From: Escherichia phage MN01 | DNA length: 64,000 nucleotides | Sequence record: MT129652.1 | Reading direction: 5' to 3' (one strand) | Shown: in pieces, positions 17,745 through 26,386 of the stretch | Position numbering within the stretch: position 1 is the first letter of the stretch | Layout of the letters: every line of letters begins with the position of its first letter | The notes under the pieces: generated by a model | Database searches by the model: none | Seen by the model: the letters and a program-made list of their open reading frames with translations, nothing else | What the model was told of the DNA's origin: nothing | Position numbers and translations under genes: made by a program

Positions 17745-17960
17745 ATGACCATTTTGAGTATCAGTATTATTTTTGGCTATCTTGTGGTAGGATTTATTAC
17801 TACCCTGTTGCTCCACAAGTTTGATAGTCCCTACGAAAGTGGGGACGAGTATGATGCGGCGTTCACAACATTTTGCTGGCCTATATTCTGGGTAGTCGCT
17901 GTTATAATGTGTGTGACCTGGCCTATTGCTAAATTCTATGAAAAATTATTTGGACTATGA
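17745..17960 (+). CDS. small 2-TM membrane protein (FCWP family)
   Basis: TM1-acidic loop-FCWPIFWVVAVIM. Confidence 0.55.
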   Translation: MTILSISIIFGYLVVGFITTLLLHKFDSPYESGDEYDAAFTTFCWPIFWVVAVIMCVTWPIAKFYEKLFGL

Positions 17961-17961
17961 T

Positions 17962-18861
17962 ATGAAAATTAAAACTCGTGCTGAATATGCTAGTAGTTAT
18001 GAACCACATGACGGTCGTGTGACTCGTCTTATCGCAATGAATTCTTTGGTTAACTTTGGCAAAATCAAATCAGGTTCTGCTACCCAGGGGTATGGTCAAC
18101 GTATTGTAAGAATTAACTCTCTGAATGATTACTGCCGCCGCCCAGCGTTTTTGTTTGGTGCCACGGTTCGTAAGAGTATCAAGGAAATTCTGGCCGGCGG
18201 ATTTCGTATTCGCAAAGCTCCGGTTAACATCAAGAACTATAATTTTAACTCTGACAACTTGATTATCAATATCAAGAATGATGGTGTACAGATTAAGTTC
18301 AAACCAACCACCAAGGGCGATGTTGCTCTTTGTCATAACTTTAAAGAGGTTATGGGTATTGCGCTGTTTTATATGCGCCATGCTGTTGAATCGTACACGT
18401 TTGATGAAGATACAAATTATATCCACCAAACGGAAAAATTCCTCAAAACTATAGCTATTGATATTAAATTAACTAAAGAATATCTTTTGTCTTATGCTCC
18501 TTATCAAGAGAAAAATGAACCAGAAGATAAAAAGGAACCAGAAATGGAACGTATCCCTACCGCATCATATGGCCCAGCATTTGCAGGTCAGTTTAAATCT
18601 TACGACCAGACTAAAATTTCACCACTGGAAGTTAAAAATATGTATCAATGGAAAATCCAGCCCGACAGCTCTCTTGAAATCTTTAACCCACCAATGAAGC
18701 CTATTGAGAGCTATCATGCTGATGCTATCCGGGAATCGGTTAACCGCTTAAATGGTCTGATTGAAGATGAGAAAAAGGGTATCCAGGATGTTCTGAATCG
18801 CATCAAGAATATGGAAAAACAACGCAATAAATTGCAAGCTGCAATCAAAGCATTAAAATAA
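17962..18861 (+). CDS. hypothetical early protein (299 aa) with C-terminal coiled coil
   Basis: ATG 17962 just after the upstream stop; ends ...MEKQRNKLQAAIKALK. Confidence 0.65.
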   Translation: MKIKTRAEYASSYEPHDGRVTRLIAMNSLVNFGKIKSGSATQGYGQRIVRINSLNDYCRRPAFLFGATVRKSIKEILAGGFRIRKAPVNIKNYNFNSDNLIINIKNDGVQIKFKPTTKGDVALCHNFKEVMGIALFYMRHAVESYTFDEDTNYIHQTEKFLKTIAIDIKLTKEYLLSYAPYQEKNEPEDKKEPEMERIPTASYGPAFAGQFKSYDQTKISPLEVKNMYQWKIQPDSSLEIFNPPMKPIESYHADAIRESVNRLNGLIEDEKKGIQDVLNRIKNMEKQRNKLQAAIKALK

Positions 18862-18862
18862 T

Positions 18863-18892
18863 GTTTACTTCCAAGGATGGAGGGAGTATAAT
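18863..18892 (+). promoter_or_regulatory. early promoter GTTTAC-N18-TATAAT
   Basis: Read directly. Confidence 0.6.
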
Positions 18893-18919
18893 GAATTCCT
18901 ACTTTATGAGGAGAACACT

Positions 18920-19912
18920 ATGACGCGTAACGAATATATCCAGGCCTTTAATACCACTATTGATGCAAAAGTAAAACCATTAATAGGTGAATCGGCTATC
19001 CTTTTAATTATCAATTACTGGTTAAATCAGATTGACTCGACGATTGTTGCATCCGGTCGCTTCAAGAAAGACATTGCGACTATTGCGAGTCGTGCCGGTA
19101 AAGATGATATCAAGAAAACTTTTAAAGGTTCCCGAGTCCTGGCATACCTAGTTAATAAAGACCTTCTTAATAAGTTTGGTGTTGAATCCAGACGTGGTAA
19201 AGGTACAATTGGATATCATTGGTTTGGTGATGTTGAAAAATACTACCTTGATAATCAAGGCTATACTGTTTCTGAATTCGCAAATTGCTGGGCTCGTGAA
19301 TTCAGAGATAACAAAATGTCTATCATCAAATCAGCGACAAAATTGATGGGTGGCGATTATCGCACTATCTCCCATTTGGCTGAGCACATGATAAAGGTTA
19401 AAGAGTCTGGTGCAAACCAGGTAATTATTACAGCTAAGTATGGATTCTTTACGCCAGTGGCTACCCCAGAAAATGTCAAAAAGTATTTTGATGCTGCAAG
19501 TACGCTTACTTCACAGATGCAGTGTGCCCTTAATTATATGCGTACTGTTGAAAAAATTAAAGTAGACCCTATCACCAGTACTCATGGTTGGAAAGGTTGG
19601 AAAATTGTGGTGACATTACGCGAAGTTAAATGTGCAAAGCAACCAACTGTTGCAGAAATCCATAAAAAGAAAAATGAGGAAATTATGAACGCTCCGCATG
19701 AAGTTACCACCCTTGAAGACCTGATTGATAATCTGAATAATGAGCCAGTGAAACAAAAAGCGCCTGAAATTGTTGCCCTGGAAACAGCGTATAATGAAGC
19801 TCTTGCTGTTAATAAAAAAGCAACTGAAGACTATACAAAAGCCAAGCGACTTTGGGAAGAATCAACCAATCGTCTGGATAAACTGGAACAGGCCCTGGAG
19901 CTGCTGAAATGA
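18920..19912 (+). CDS. hypothetical early protein (330 aa) with C-terminal coiled coil
   Basis: SD GAGGAG; ends ...STNRLDKLEQALELLK. Confidence 0.65.
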   Translation: MTRNEYIQAFNTTIDAKVKPLIGESAILLIINYWLNQIDSTIVASGRFKKDIATIASRAGKDDIKKTFKGSRVLAYLVNKDLLNKFGVESRRGKGTIGYHWFGDVEKYYLDNQGYTVSEFANCWAREFRDNKMSIIKSATKLMGGDYRTISHLAEHMIKVKESGANQVIITAKYGFFTPVATPENVKKYFDAASTLTSQMQCALNYMRTVEKIKVDPITSTHGWKGWKIVVTLREVKCAKQPTVAEIHKKKNEEIMNAPHEVTTLEDLIDNLNNEPVKQKAPEIVALETAYNEALAVNKKATEDYTKAKRLWEESTNRLDKLEQALELLK

Positions 19913-20247
19913 AACAACGTTTAGCTGAAGATATTGCAGAAACTGCATTTCCAGAATGGACCCCCGCTGTGGGGGTTAATAAAGGTCTTTTAAAATTTAT
20001 TGAAAACGCCGAAGGCGAAGACCTTGTACAGTTAGGAAAGATTCATGGCTGTGATGATTATAGTCAGGTTCCCGATTGGGATATGGTAATGGCTATGGTT
20101 CGCCGCCGTGAACGCGCTTCTAAGAGCGTTCCAAACTGTCCAGAATGCGGAACTGAACAGGTCCAGTTGGTCCATTGGCAGACTAGCAATCTTCGTTATA
20201 AATGCAGACATTGTAAACACAAATTTGAGCGAGAAGAAAATGATTAA
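19909..20247 (+). CDS. protein with C-terminal zinc ribbon
   Basis: CPECG-x17-CRHCKHKF. Confidence 0.6.
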   Translation: MKQRLAEDIAETAFPEWTPAVGVNKGLLKFIENAEGEDLVQLGKIHGCDDYSQVPDWDMVMAMVRRRERASKSVPNCPECGTEQVQLVHWQTSNLRYKCRHCKHKFEREEND

Positions 20248-20419
20248 TTTAGACGAATTAAAAAAGCTTAAAGAAAAATGTGCTTTGGATATAAATGACT
20301 TCGCAAAACAAATTTGTGAAGTCCAGCCCATGCCGGATAATTTAGTGTCAGACATCCTGGAAGCACTTGATGGTAAATCACTTGTAATCAGTCCGCGAGA
20401 AGAAAATGGCAAAGCGTAA
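20240..20419 (+). CDS. hypothetical protein (59 aa)
   Basis: ATG 20240 overlaps the upstream 3' end. Confidence 0.45.
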   Translation: MINLDELKKLKEKCALDINDFAKQICEVQPMPDNLVSDILEALDGKSLVISPREENGKA

Positions 20420-20648
20420 AGAATATCTTGAGACTGCTGATAAGGTGGTCCGTGAATTAACTCTGGCCTATTATAAAGAACACGGTAAACTTCCGGATAG
20501 TTATTCAGTATTGAAATCTGCTTTAACTCGTTCATATAATAATATGCGTTCAGAAGTTTATGGTATTATGGTCAAACATAAAGAACAAACCGGTCAATAC
20601 CCCGATTATACTGAGACCTTCAAACAAGTATTAGGAATTAAGGAATAA
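20406..20648 (+). CDS. hypothetical protein (80 aa)
   Basis: Overlaps the upstream 3' end. Confidence 0.5.
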   Translation: MAKRKEYLETADKVVRELTLAYYKEHGKLPDSYSVLKSALTRSYNNMRSEVYGIMVKHKEQTGQYPDYTETFKQVLGIKE

Positions 20649-20649
20649 T

Positions 20650-20913
20650 ATGTTTAAAGTATATGGTTATGATTCATCTATTCATCGCTGCGTTTTCTGC
20701 GATAATGCAAAACGTCTACTTGACGTTAAAAAACAACCTTACGAATTCATCAATGTTATGCCGGAAAAAGGTGTGTTTGATGATGAGAAGATTGCTCAAC
20801 TCCTGGCTGCACTTGGTCGCGAATCCCAAATTGGTTTGACCATGCCGCAAGTATTTGCCCCTGACGGAAGTCATATTGGTGGCTTCGACCAACTGCGAGC
20901 ATATTTCAAATGA
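20650..20913 (+). CDS. nrdC: T4 thioredoxin/glutaredoxin NrdC
   Basis: MFKVYGYDSSIHRCVFCDNAKRLL...GGFDQLRAYFK near-identical to T4 NrdC, 87 aa. Confidence 0.95.
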   Translation: MFKVYGYDSSIHRCVFCDNAKRLLDVKKQPYEFINVMPEKGVFDDEKIAQLLAALGRESQIGLTMPQVFAPDGSHIGGFDQLRAYFK

Positions 20914-21077
20914 TTGAATTATTGTTGGGTATTTTGTATCTTATCATCGGTATTGGTTATGCTAAGACCCTAGCTAAATTAGATGATTTCGGTGCAGGTG
21001 ACTTTTGCTGGTGGCTAACGTCTATGATTTGTTGGCCTTTATTTCTGGTTGGTGCTTCATTCTGGAACTTTAAATGA
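20910..21077 (+). CDS. small 2-TM membrane protein (55 aa, FCW family)
   Basis: ATGA overlap with nrdC; DFCWWLTSMICWPLFLVG resembles the 17745 ORF. Confidence 0.45.
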   Translation: MIELLLGILYLIIGIGYAKTLAKLDDFGAGDFCWWLTSMICWPLFLVGASFWNFK

Positions 21078-21099
21078 TTGACAAATTTATGGTGGAATT

Positions 21100-21408
21100 A
21101 TGAGTGAATTAGACGGACAAACAATTTATCTGGGTGACGGTAAAGAAGACGACCTGGAATATAAACTATACGAATACATGGTAGCCCTGGCAAAGGAAGA
21201 AGGTATTGACTTTGCTGTGGCTAACCCGTATGGTGAGAACACTGTTGTAATTGGCGGCACTGCTTATGAAGTCCAATGGCAATACGTTGGCCTTGAATCT
21301 GAAGTATATGAAGAAGATAAGCATGGCGATTGGCATCCCATGGGCCCTTGGTACTGGGACGACGGCGAGCCTGATTTTGAAGTATCAAGCTATTGGAGTG
21401 ACCAATGA
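21100..21408 (+). CDS. hypothetical acidic protein (102 aa)
   Basis: SD GGTGG. Confidence 0.55.
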   Translation: MSELDGQTIYLGDGKEDDLEYKLYEYMVALAKEEGIDFAVANPYGENTVVIGGTAYEVQWQYVGLESEVYEEDKHGDWHPMGPWYWDDGEPDFEVSSYWSDQ

Positions 21409-21725
21409 CTATTGAAAATGAATTAGATGTTGATGCTGTTTTAAGCGAAATCATTGAAGACCATGATGCGTTTACTGAATCATACGAGTTTGAATTTTCG
21501 GACTACCTGGTTCCGGTTGAATTAGGCGAATGGACACAAACCGGCAAATACCAATATCGCCAAGCAATTTATTTCAGCAAGAAACATAACGTGCATGTGG
21601 CCGTAAACGAAACTCGTACTGGTTCTTATCATACTGACTGGGACCATATGGTCCCGACTGTTGAACTGGTCAAGCTCCAAGAACGTGTCGTAACCCAAAC
21701 TATCAGAGAATGGATTACGCTATAA
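21405..21725 (+). CDS. hypothetical acidic protein (106 aa)
   Basis: ATGA overlap. Confidence 0.55.
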   Translation: MTIENELDVDAVLSEIIEDHDAFTESYEFEFSDYLVPVELGEWTQTGKYQYRQAIYFSKKHNVHVAVNETRTGSYHTDWDHMVPTVELVKLQERVVTQTIREWITL

Positions 21726-21859
21726 AACCATGGTATACCGCTCGATGGGAAACCGTCGAGCCAGAGGAACCTGTTTACAACGATTCCGAAATAGATTATA
21801 ATGAACCTTCAAACAATGATTTAATCGATATGGAGTTTGGATATGAGTACCAAAATTGA
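21710..21859 (+). CDS. hypothetical acidic protein (49 aa)
   Basis: Fills a gap; overlaps neighbours at both ends. Confidence 0.35.
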   Translation: MDYAIKPWYTARWETVEPEEPVYNDSEIDYNEPSNNDLIDMEFGYEYQN

Positions 21860-22016
21860 AATCGGCCGTCATAAAGGCCGTCTGATTGAACATTCGCTTT
21901 ATGAATTGTCGGATTCTCGTAAGTTACCCGATGAAGAATCTGCTTTGATTTTTGCCGCAGCTGACTACATTCATTGGCTTGAAGCCCAACTCCGCTTTTC
22001 TGATGAGGCCTTCTGA
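21843..22016 (+). CDS. hypothetical protein (57 aa)
   Basis: Ends in a TGATG junction with the next gene. Confidence 0.4.
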   Translation: MSTKIEIGRHKGRLIEHSLYELSDSRKLPDEESALIFAAADYIHWLEAQLRFSDEAF

Positions 22017-22318
22017 TGAATTTATTTGAATTTGAAGGTAAAACTATTCGTATTACTGAAGAAGATGTCGACCATTATGTTGACTGGCCTGAATTAAACG
22101 GCAATCGCGGTTTTGAGTCAGGCGAGCTCTGTGAAGGTGCTGAAGTTAAAATCTTGAAGGTGGAGATTTCTCCATGGGGCAATCCTGAAATCATTGGCGT
22201 AACTGCTATCGAATTCAATGGTAAGGTATACGAATACACTAAAGAAATGTTTGAAGATACTAAAGCTTCATTCTGGTGTTTTTGGACTAACGATGATAAT
22301 GAATTTGAGGTCGCATGA
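22016..22318 (+). CDS. hypothetical acidic protein (100 aa)
   Basis: TGATG coupling. Confidence 0.55.
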   Translation: MNLFEFEGKTIRITEEDVDHYVDWPELNGNRGFESGELCEGAEVKILKVEISPWGNPEIIGVTAIEFNGKVYEYTKEMFEDTKASFWCFWTNDDNEFEVA

Positions 22319-22491
22319 AAACTGCATTAGTCTATACCGAAAAGTTAAACGGTGACAAGGTCTGGAAACTTCTTATCAAAGGAAGCCCTACTGACCAGTT
22401 TATGGCCACCTGTGTGGGATTGTATACTCGTCCTACCAAAAAGATGATTCGTCAATTTAAACGGTTGCACCGTTCGTTCTACGGGGTCTGA
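22315..22491 (+). CDS. hypothetical basic protein (58 aa)
   Basis: ATGA overlap; replaces the spurious antisense ORF 22345-22563. Confidence 0.45.
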   Translation: MKTALVYTEKLNGDKVWKLLIKGSPTDQFMATCVGLYTRPTKKMIRQFKRLHRSFYGV

Positions 22492-22492
22492 T

Positions 22493-22585
22493 ATGGATGC
22501 TCTTATTACGGTATTTTGGGTCGGAGTTGTTTTATTCGGATTGTTGTTAGTGCTAAGTTGCACTGCTAAACTATTAGGATATTAA
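22493..22585 (+). CDS. 30-aa single-TM micro-protein
   Basis: MDALITVFWVGVVLFGLLLVLSCTAKLLGY. Confidence 0.35.
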   Translation: MDALITVFWVGVVLFGLLLVLSCTAKLLGY

Positions 22586-22615
22586 TAAATACCCTTATCT
22601 AATAATGGTAAGGGT
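22584..22615 (+). promoter_or_regulatory. near-consensus late promoter AATAAATA plus SD-sequestering hairpin of gene 49
   Basis: AATAAATA 22584-22591; stem 22591-22597/22609-22615 covers TAAGGG. Confidence 0.5.
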
Positions 22616-22620
22616 TTATT

Positions 22621-23094
22621 ATGTTGTTGACTGGCAAATTATACAAAGAAGAAAAACAAAAACTTTATGATGCACAAGCTGGTAAGTGTCCAATTTGCCA
22701 CCGTGATTTGGACTCTGATGTTCAGGCCAACCATCTTGACCATGACCACGAATTGAACGGGCCAAAAGCCGGTAAGGTTCGCGGGTTACTATGCAATCTG
22801 TGCAATGGAACAGAAGGGCAAATGAAGCATAAGTTCAGCCGTTCGGGTCTGAAAGGTCGTGATGTTGACTACCTGGAATGGTTAGAGAGTTTGCTTGTCT
22901 ATCTGAAATCTGATTATACCGAAAACAATATTCACCCTAATTTTGTGACAGACAAAGCTAAAGAGTTCGGTCGCCTGGGGAAAGAAGAAATGATTCAGGA
23001 AATGCTTTTGAACGGCATGACTTATAATGAATCTGATACGAAGCCTAAACTACAAGCTTCATTTAAAAAACAACTGAGGAAATCGCTTAAATGA
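22621..23094 (+). CDS. 49: endonuclease VII (Holliday junction resolvase)
   Basis: MLLTGKLYKEEKQK..HLDHDHELNGPKAGKVRGLLCNLCN matches T4 gp49; 157 aa. Confidence 0.96.
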   Translation: MLLTGKLYKEEKQKLYDAQAGKCPICHRDLDSDVQANHLDHDHELNGPKAGKVRGLLCNLCNGTEGQMKHKFSRSGLKGRDVDYLEWLESLLVYLKSDYTENNIHPNFVTDKAKEFGRLGKEEMIQEMLLNGMTYNESDTKPKLQASFKKQLRKSLK

Positions 23095-23216
23095 TTAATT
23101 TTTATGGAATTATTGTATATTGTATTGGCGAAGCTATAAACAATTTAATACGATTGATGGGTGAGGAGTATCCTTCTCAATGGCTATTCCTCGTAACCAA
23201 TACAGGACCTTTCTAA
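23091..23216 (+). CDS. possible 41-aa ORF
   Basis: ATGA overlap with 49 and TAATG junction to the next ORF; uncertain. Confidence 0.3.
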   Translation: MINFYGIIVYCIGEAINNLIRLMGEEYPSQWLFLVTNTGPF

Positions 23217-23431
23217 TGAACAAATTTCGTAATGCTGTTTCTGATATCCTGGCCAATATTACATTTGTCTTGTTTATTGTGTGCCTTTTAATTCTGGTCG
23301 TCCCATTTGGATTGCTGTTTGTGATGATTGGCGCCCTGAGTACTGAAAAGGGCCTTGAAGGGTCTGAGTTCGACAAACGAATCCAGGCTGTCCATAGTGT
23401 TATTGCTAAAATGATGAAGGTGAAAGAATGA
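23216..23431 (+). CDS. membrane protein (71 aa; alternative start 23180)
   Basis: TM ITFVLFIVCLLILVVPFGLLFVMIGAL. Confidence 0.5.
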   Translation: MNKFRNAVSDILANITFVLFIVCLLILVVPFGLLFVMIGALSTEKGLEGSEFDKRIQAVHSVIAKMMKVKE

Positions 23432-23727
23432 AACGTTTTGAAGAATATGTAGCTACTAATTGGACTGCATGGGACAAGTTCGGTGATGAATGGTACTTCC
23501 ACGACTGTGACCTGGACCCGAAATTCTTTGCTGATAAAGAAGAAGACCTTAAAGATATCTATGCTCTATCTGAGATTCATGGAATCAAACCGACGGTTTA
23601 TTTCTCTTTCGATGACACAGGTTTCCTTATTCAGATTTATGTCCCGTACGCAACTTCCAGCGATGAAGAAGTTATTAAAACCTGGAACTACCAAGGAGTG
23701 ATTTCCTGTGGGCCAAAACTCGACTAA
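23428..23727 (+). CDS. hypothetical acidic protein (99 aa)
   Basis: ATGA overlap. Confidence 0.55.
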   Translation: MKRFEEYVATNWTAWDKFGDEWYFHDCDLDPKFFADKEEDLKDIYALSEIHGIKPTVYFSFDDTGFLIQIYVPYATSSDEEVIKTWNYQGVISCGPKLD

Positions 23728-24025
23728 GATTGAAATCTATGGTATTCCCGAAGAAGTCGGTCGATGCCCAGGTTGTATGCACGTCAGGAGCCTTCTGGGC
23801 TCCTTAAACCTTCCTTATACATTCTATTCAGTCCTTAACAAACAAGGCTCTGAAATCGCTTATGACAGGCCTTTAATCGTGTCTCTGGCCAAGCGTGCTG
23901 GATATCCTACCCTTAACATTCGTTACCCGGTGATTTTTGTCAATGATGAAAAAATGACCAATATTCCTGCCTTTAAAACAAAACTGATATCCCTGGGGTA
24001 TGACCAGGACTTAATTGAAGATTAA
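23708..24025 (+). CDS. thioredoxin-fold (glutaredoxin/NrdH-like) protein
   Basis: GTG start 9 nt after SD AAGGAG; KIEIYG...CPGC active-site-like motif. Confidence 0.6.
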   Translation: MGQNSTKIEIYGIPEEVGRCPGCMHVRSLLGSLNLPYTFYSVLNKQGSEIAYDRPLIVSLAKRAGYPTLNIRYPVIFVNDEKMTNIPAFKTKLISLGYDQDLIED

Positions 24026-24061
24026 AAAGGGGTGTACAAGCCCCTTTGAATGATGTATCAT
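24026..24061 (+). promoter_or_regulatory. hairpin-promoter cassette: -35 TGTACA forms the loop of AAAGGGG/CCCCTTT; -10 TATCAT
   Basis: Stem 24026-24032/24041-24047; TGTACA 24033-24038; TATCAT 24056-24061. Confidence 0.6.
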
Positions 24062-24092
24062 TATCCCATCAACTACTGATGAGGAAAACATA

Positions 24093-24269
24093 ATGACTAT
24101 CCAAGATAAAGAAATTAAAGTCAACCAGTATTATTCAATCAACGGCAAAGCTGTTCTAGTAACTGAAATATCTAGCCTGGATGTGTGGTATACCATAATT
24201 GACCTTAATATTAAAATGATTTGTGACCGTGGTGTATTTTGTTCGATAGCTAAGGAAATTAAATTATGA
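24093..24269 (+). CDS. hypothetical protein (58 aa)
   Basis: SD GAGGA in the conserved leader; ATGA junction to the next gene. Confidence 0.5.
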   Translation: MTIQDKEIKVNQYYSINGKAVLVTEISSLDVWYTIIDLNIKMICDRGVFCSIAKEIKL

Positions 24270-24520
24270 GCCTGAAATTACACTCAATGAAAAATATCAT
24301 TACCCTTAATCTGGATGATGAGCGCCTAATTTTTCTCACCGTCACTGATAAGAATATTGAAATTGCAAATGGTCCTAAGACTTATTGCTGCCCAGTGAAG
24401 AATTGGAAGCATGTAACCTTTTTGACCCTGTGTGACCGTCTGAAAGACCTTAAGTTGGATTTGGATGTCAAAGATATCCAGTACATTAAAAATCTTATTG
24501 GATACAAACTGTTGAGGTAA
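24266..24520 (+). CDS. hypothetical protein (84 aa)
   Basis: ATGA overlap. Confidence 0.55.
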   Translation: MSLKLHSMKNIITLNLDDERLIFLTVTDKNIEIANGPKTYCCPVKNWKHVTFLTLCDRLKDLKLDLDVKDIQYIKNLIGYKLLR

Positions 24521-24522
24521 CT

Positions 24523-24816
24523 ATGGGTAAAACTATTCGTCGTAAAGATTTGTCTTCTAAAGATTTTAATTGCATAGCTAGACGTAAAGCGCCTGATGGT
24601 GTATCAGAAGAAACTTTAAACGAAAATATCTTCCGTTCAGACAAATGGAAGCGCATGAGCGGTGTTGATTCTGAAGTTAAGAATGAAATGAATCGTCAAC
24701 TGCGTAAAGAAGTTCGTCAGTTGAAAAAAGATGTATACGTTGAGGATGATTTGGATTATAATACTTCTCACCGTGTTGCAAAGCGTAAATCAAACGAATG
24801 CTATCGTTACAGCTGA
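24523..24816 (+). CDS. hypothetical basic protein (97 aa)
   Basis: SD GAGGT. Confidence 0.55.
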   Translation: MGKTIRRKDLSSKDFNCIARRKAPDGVSEETLNENIFRSDKWKRMSGVDSEVKNEMNRQLRKEVRQLKKDVYVEDDLDYNTSHRVAKRKSNECYRYS

Positions 24817-24823
24817 GGAAAAT

Positions 24824-24955
24824 ATGAATATCAAACGTATGCTTTTTAAACAAGGGTTATACACTTTAAATTCTGCTCCAAAAGGCGATACAACCAAGTG
24901 GTCAGTAAATGACTGGATTGAATTTATTGATGAAAACGGTAACTGGAAAATTTAA
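24824..24955 (+). CDS. hypothetical protein (43 aa)
   Basis: ATG 24824 behind SD GAGGA. Confidence 0.4.
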   Translation: MNIKRMLFKQGLYTLNSAPKGDTTKWSVNDWIEFIDENGNWKI

Positions 24956-24956
24956 A

Positions 24957-25154
24957 ATGAATCCACAATCTAAATTGTCACAACGTATTGCAGAAGAACG
25001 TGCCAAATTTTTCCAGAACATGAAACACTCTGGCATTGAGGATGAAGTTTTTCTGAACTGGTTTTGGAATAATAAGTATGCAGCATGTGAAGGCGCACTG
25101 CTTTTGTCCGTTGCAATGATGTATGAAGGCTGGAAAGCGGCTAAAGCGCAATAA
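24957..25154 (+). CDS. hypothetical protein (65 aa)
   Basis: ATG 24957 follows the upstream TAA. Confidence 0.45.
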   Translation: MNPQSKLSQRIAEERAKFFQNMKHSGIEDEVFLNWFWNNKYAACEGALLLSVAMMYEGWKAAKAQ

Positions 25155-25162
25155 AAACCAAC

Positions 25163-25184
25163 GGGGTCATGGTATAATGACCCC
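25163..25184 (+). promoter_or_regulatory. extended -10 promoter TGGTATAAT embedded in hairpin GGGGTCAT/ATGACCCC
   Basis: TATAAT 25173-25178; 8-bp stem. Confidence 0.45.
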
Positions 25185-25226
25185 AGGATAATAAAATTTT
25201 AATTTAATGAGACTGAGGAATATATC

Positions 25227-25553
25227 ATGACTGCATCTATCACTAACATCATCGCTAATTTCGCATTTGCTAAAGTTAACACTCTGATGAAATCTGGTTT
25301 TGTTACCCCTGAGATTCTGGACCAGTGGGAAGGCGATGTACAGAAACTGATTATTGCGGAAGGTCAGACAATGGGTAAAGCGCGTATTCGTGAAAGCCTT
25401 GTCCAGTATATCCTGAATGAATTTGATGTAGTAGCGTTTGGTTTACCGCTTCTGCGTGAAAACAAAGAAGTTTCTGATAAAGCTATCAAGCGTATGAAGT
25501 CCCAACGCAAGAAGGGGTTTGTTGACCTGAAAATTGTTAAGGGTGCAAAATGA
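25227..25553 (+). CDS. hypothetical protein (108 aa)
   Basis: SD GAGGA. Confidence 0.55.
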   Translation: MTASITNIIANFAFAKVNTLMKSGFVTPEILDQWEGDVQKLIIAEGQTMGKARIRESLVQYILNEFDVVAFGLPLLRENKEVSDKAIKRMKSQRKKGFVDLKIVKGAK

Positions 25554-25813
25554 TGTGCCCTGCTATTGAATTACCTGAAGGTGTTGCGGTAATAGTATCT
25601 TACAAACATACGTATGCTAATGGAATTCGCCGAGCTCATAAAATTAGTCACGGTTACTATTTACAAAGGACTTTAAATTATTTCATTTCAATGGGATATG
25701 AATTCAGAATCTATCCTATGTGTACTAAAACCAAGTACACTAAAATCGATGCTTGGGAAGCTTGGGCGGAAGGCATGACATTAGACGAATTCCTGGACTA
25801 CTTAAATGATTAA
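25550..25813 (+). CDS. hypothetical protein (87 aa)
   Basis: ATGA overlap. Confidence 0.55.
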   Translation: MMCPAIELPEGVAVIVSYKHTYANGIRRAHKISHGYYLQRTLNYFISMGYEFRIYPMCTKTKYTKIDAWEAWAEGMTLDEFLDYLND

Positions 25814-26072
25814 AATAAAACTCTCTAATTACGATAAAAACCTGGAAATGATTACTATGAAAGAAGAACTCCTGAATGATGTCCGCTTTACGGGTTATGC
25901 AGTTCAATTTAATAATGCTGGTGTTCTCCAGATTGAAGGTGACCACTTTATTATCGAATATGAATTTAAACAGTATTGGTTGTATGCCAAAGATGAAGTA
26001 GGTGGGATTGATTATGTTGACCAGTTTGATAAGCTTGACGATGTTTTAGAAGCTGCTCAGATGGTGTACTGA
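25806..26072 (+). CDS. hypothetical acidic protein (88 aa)
   Basis: Overlaps the upstream stop. Confidence 0.5.
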   Translation: MIKIKLSNYDKNLEMITMKEELLNDVRFTGYAVQFNNAGVLQIEGDHFIIEYEFKQYWLYAKDEVGGIDYVDQFDKLDDVLEAAQMVY

Positions 26073-26338
26073 TGCACATCAATCATACAATGATATCCAT
26101 CCAGGACCTGGGAACGTTTTGTGTGGATGAATTCATGAAAATAACATTCTTCCCGCATGCAGAAGGATATGGCTCTTGGGAGTCTCATATCGGCATGTTG
26201 AATGAAGGACAATACCGCAACGAGCATGACCGTCTGATGGAATTCATTAGTGATGCCGAGGTTATTCCTTATATTGACATTCATGAATTTAAGGCAATTA
26301 TGGAGAAGGTCTTTCAGGCTTACTGTTTACTTCGCTAA
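26072..26338 (+). CDS. hypothetical protein (88 aa)
   Basis: TGATG coupling. Confidence 0.5.
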   Translation: MHINHTMISIQDLGTFCVDEFMKITFFPHAEGYGSWESHIGMLNEGQYRNEHDRLMEFISDAEVIPYIDIHEFKAIMEKVFQAYCLLR

Positions 26339-26363
26339 TGCTTTGTATCAAGGATGATATAAT
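26339..26363 (+). promoter_or_regulatory. MotA-box middle promoter TGCTTTG-N12-TATAAT (gene 55)
   Basis: Read directly. Confidence 0.55.
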
Positions 26364-26386
26364 ATTCATATACTAAGTGAGGCGAT

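Noticed and set aside
20032-20535. 167-aa minus-strand ORF spanning three + strand genes
   Set aside because: It crosses several well-formed + strand genes with coupled junctions, and no SD or promoter is seen on the minus strand.
22345-22563. 72-aa minus-strand ORF
   Set aside because: The region is better explained by two + strand ORFs (22315-22491, 22493-22585) with ATGA and adjacent junctions.
24075-24086. CUGAUGAGG in leaders (also 50295 and 54431) resembling the hammerhead ribozyme core
   Set aside because: There is no flanking stem I/II/III architecture and no GAAA element. The motif is simply the conserved leader plus the SD GAGGA.
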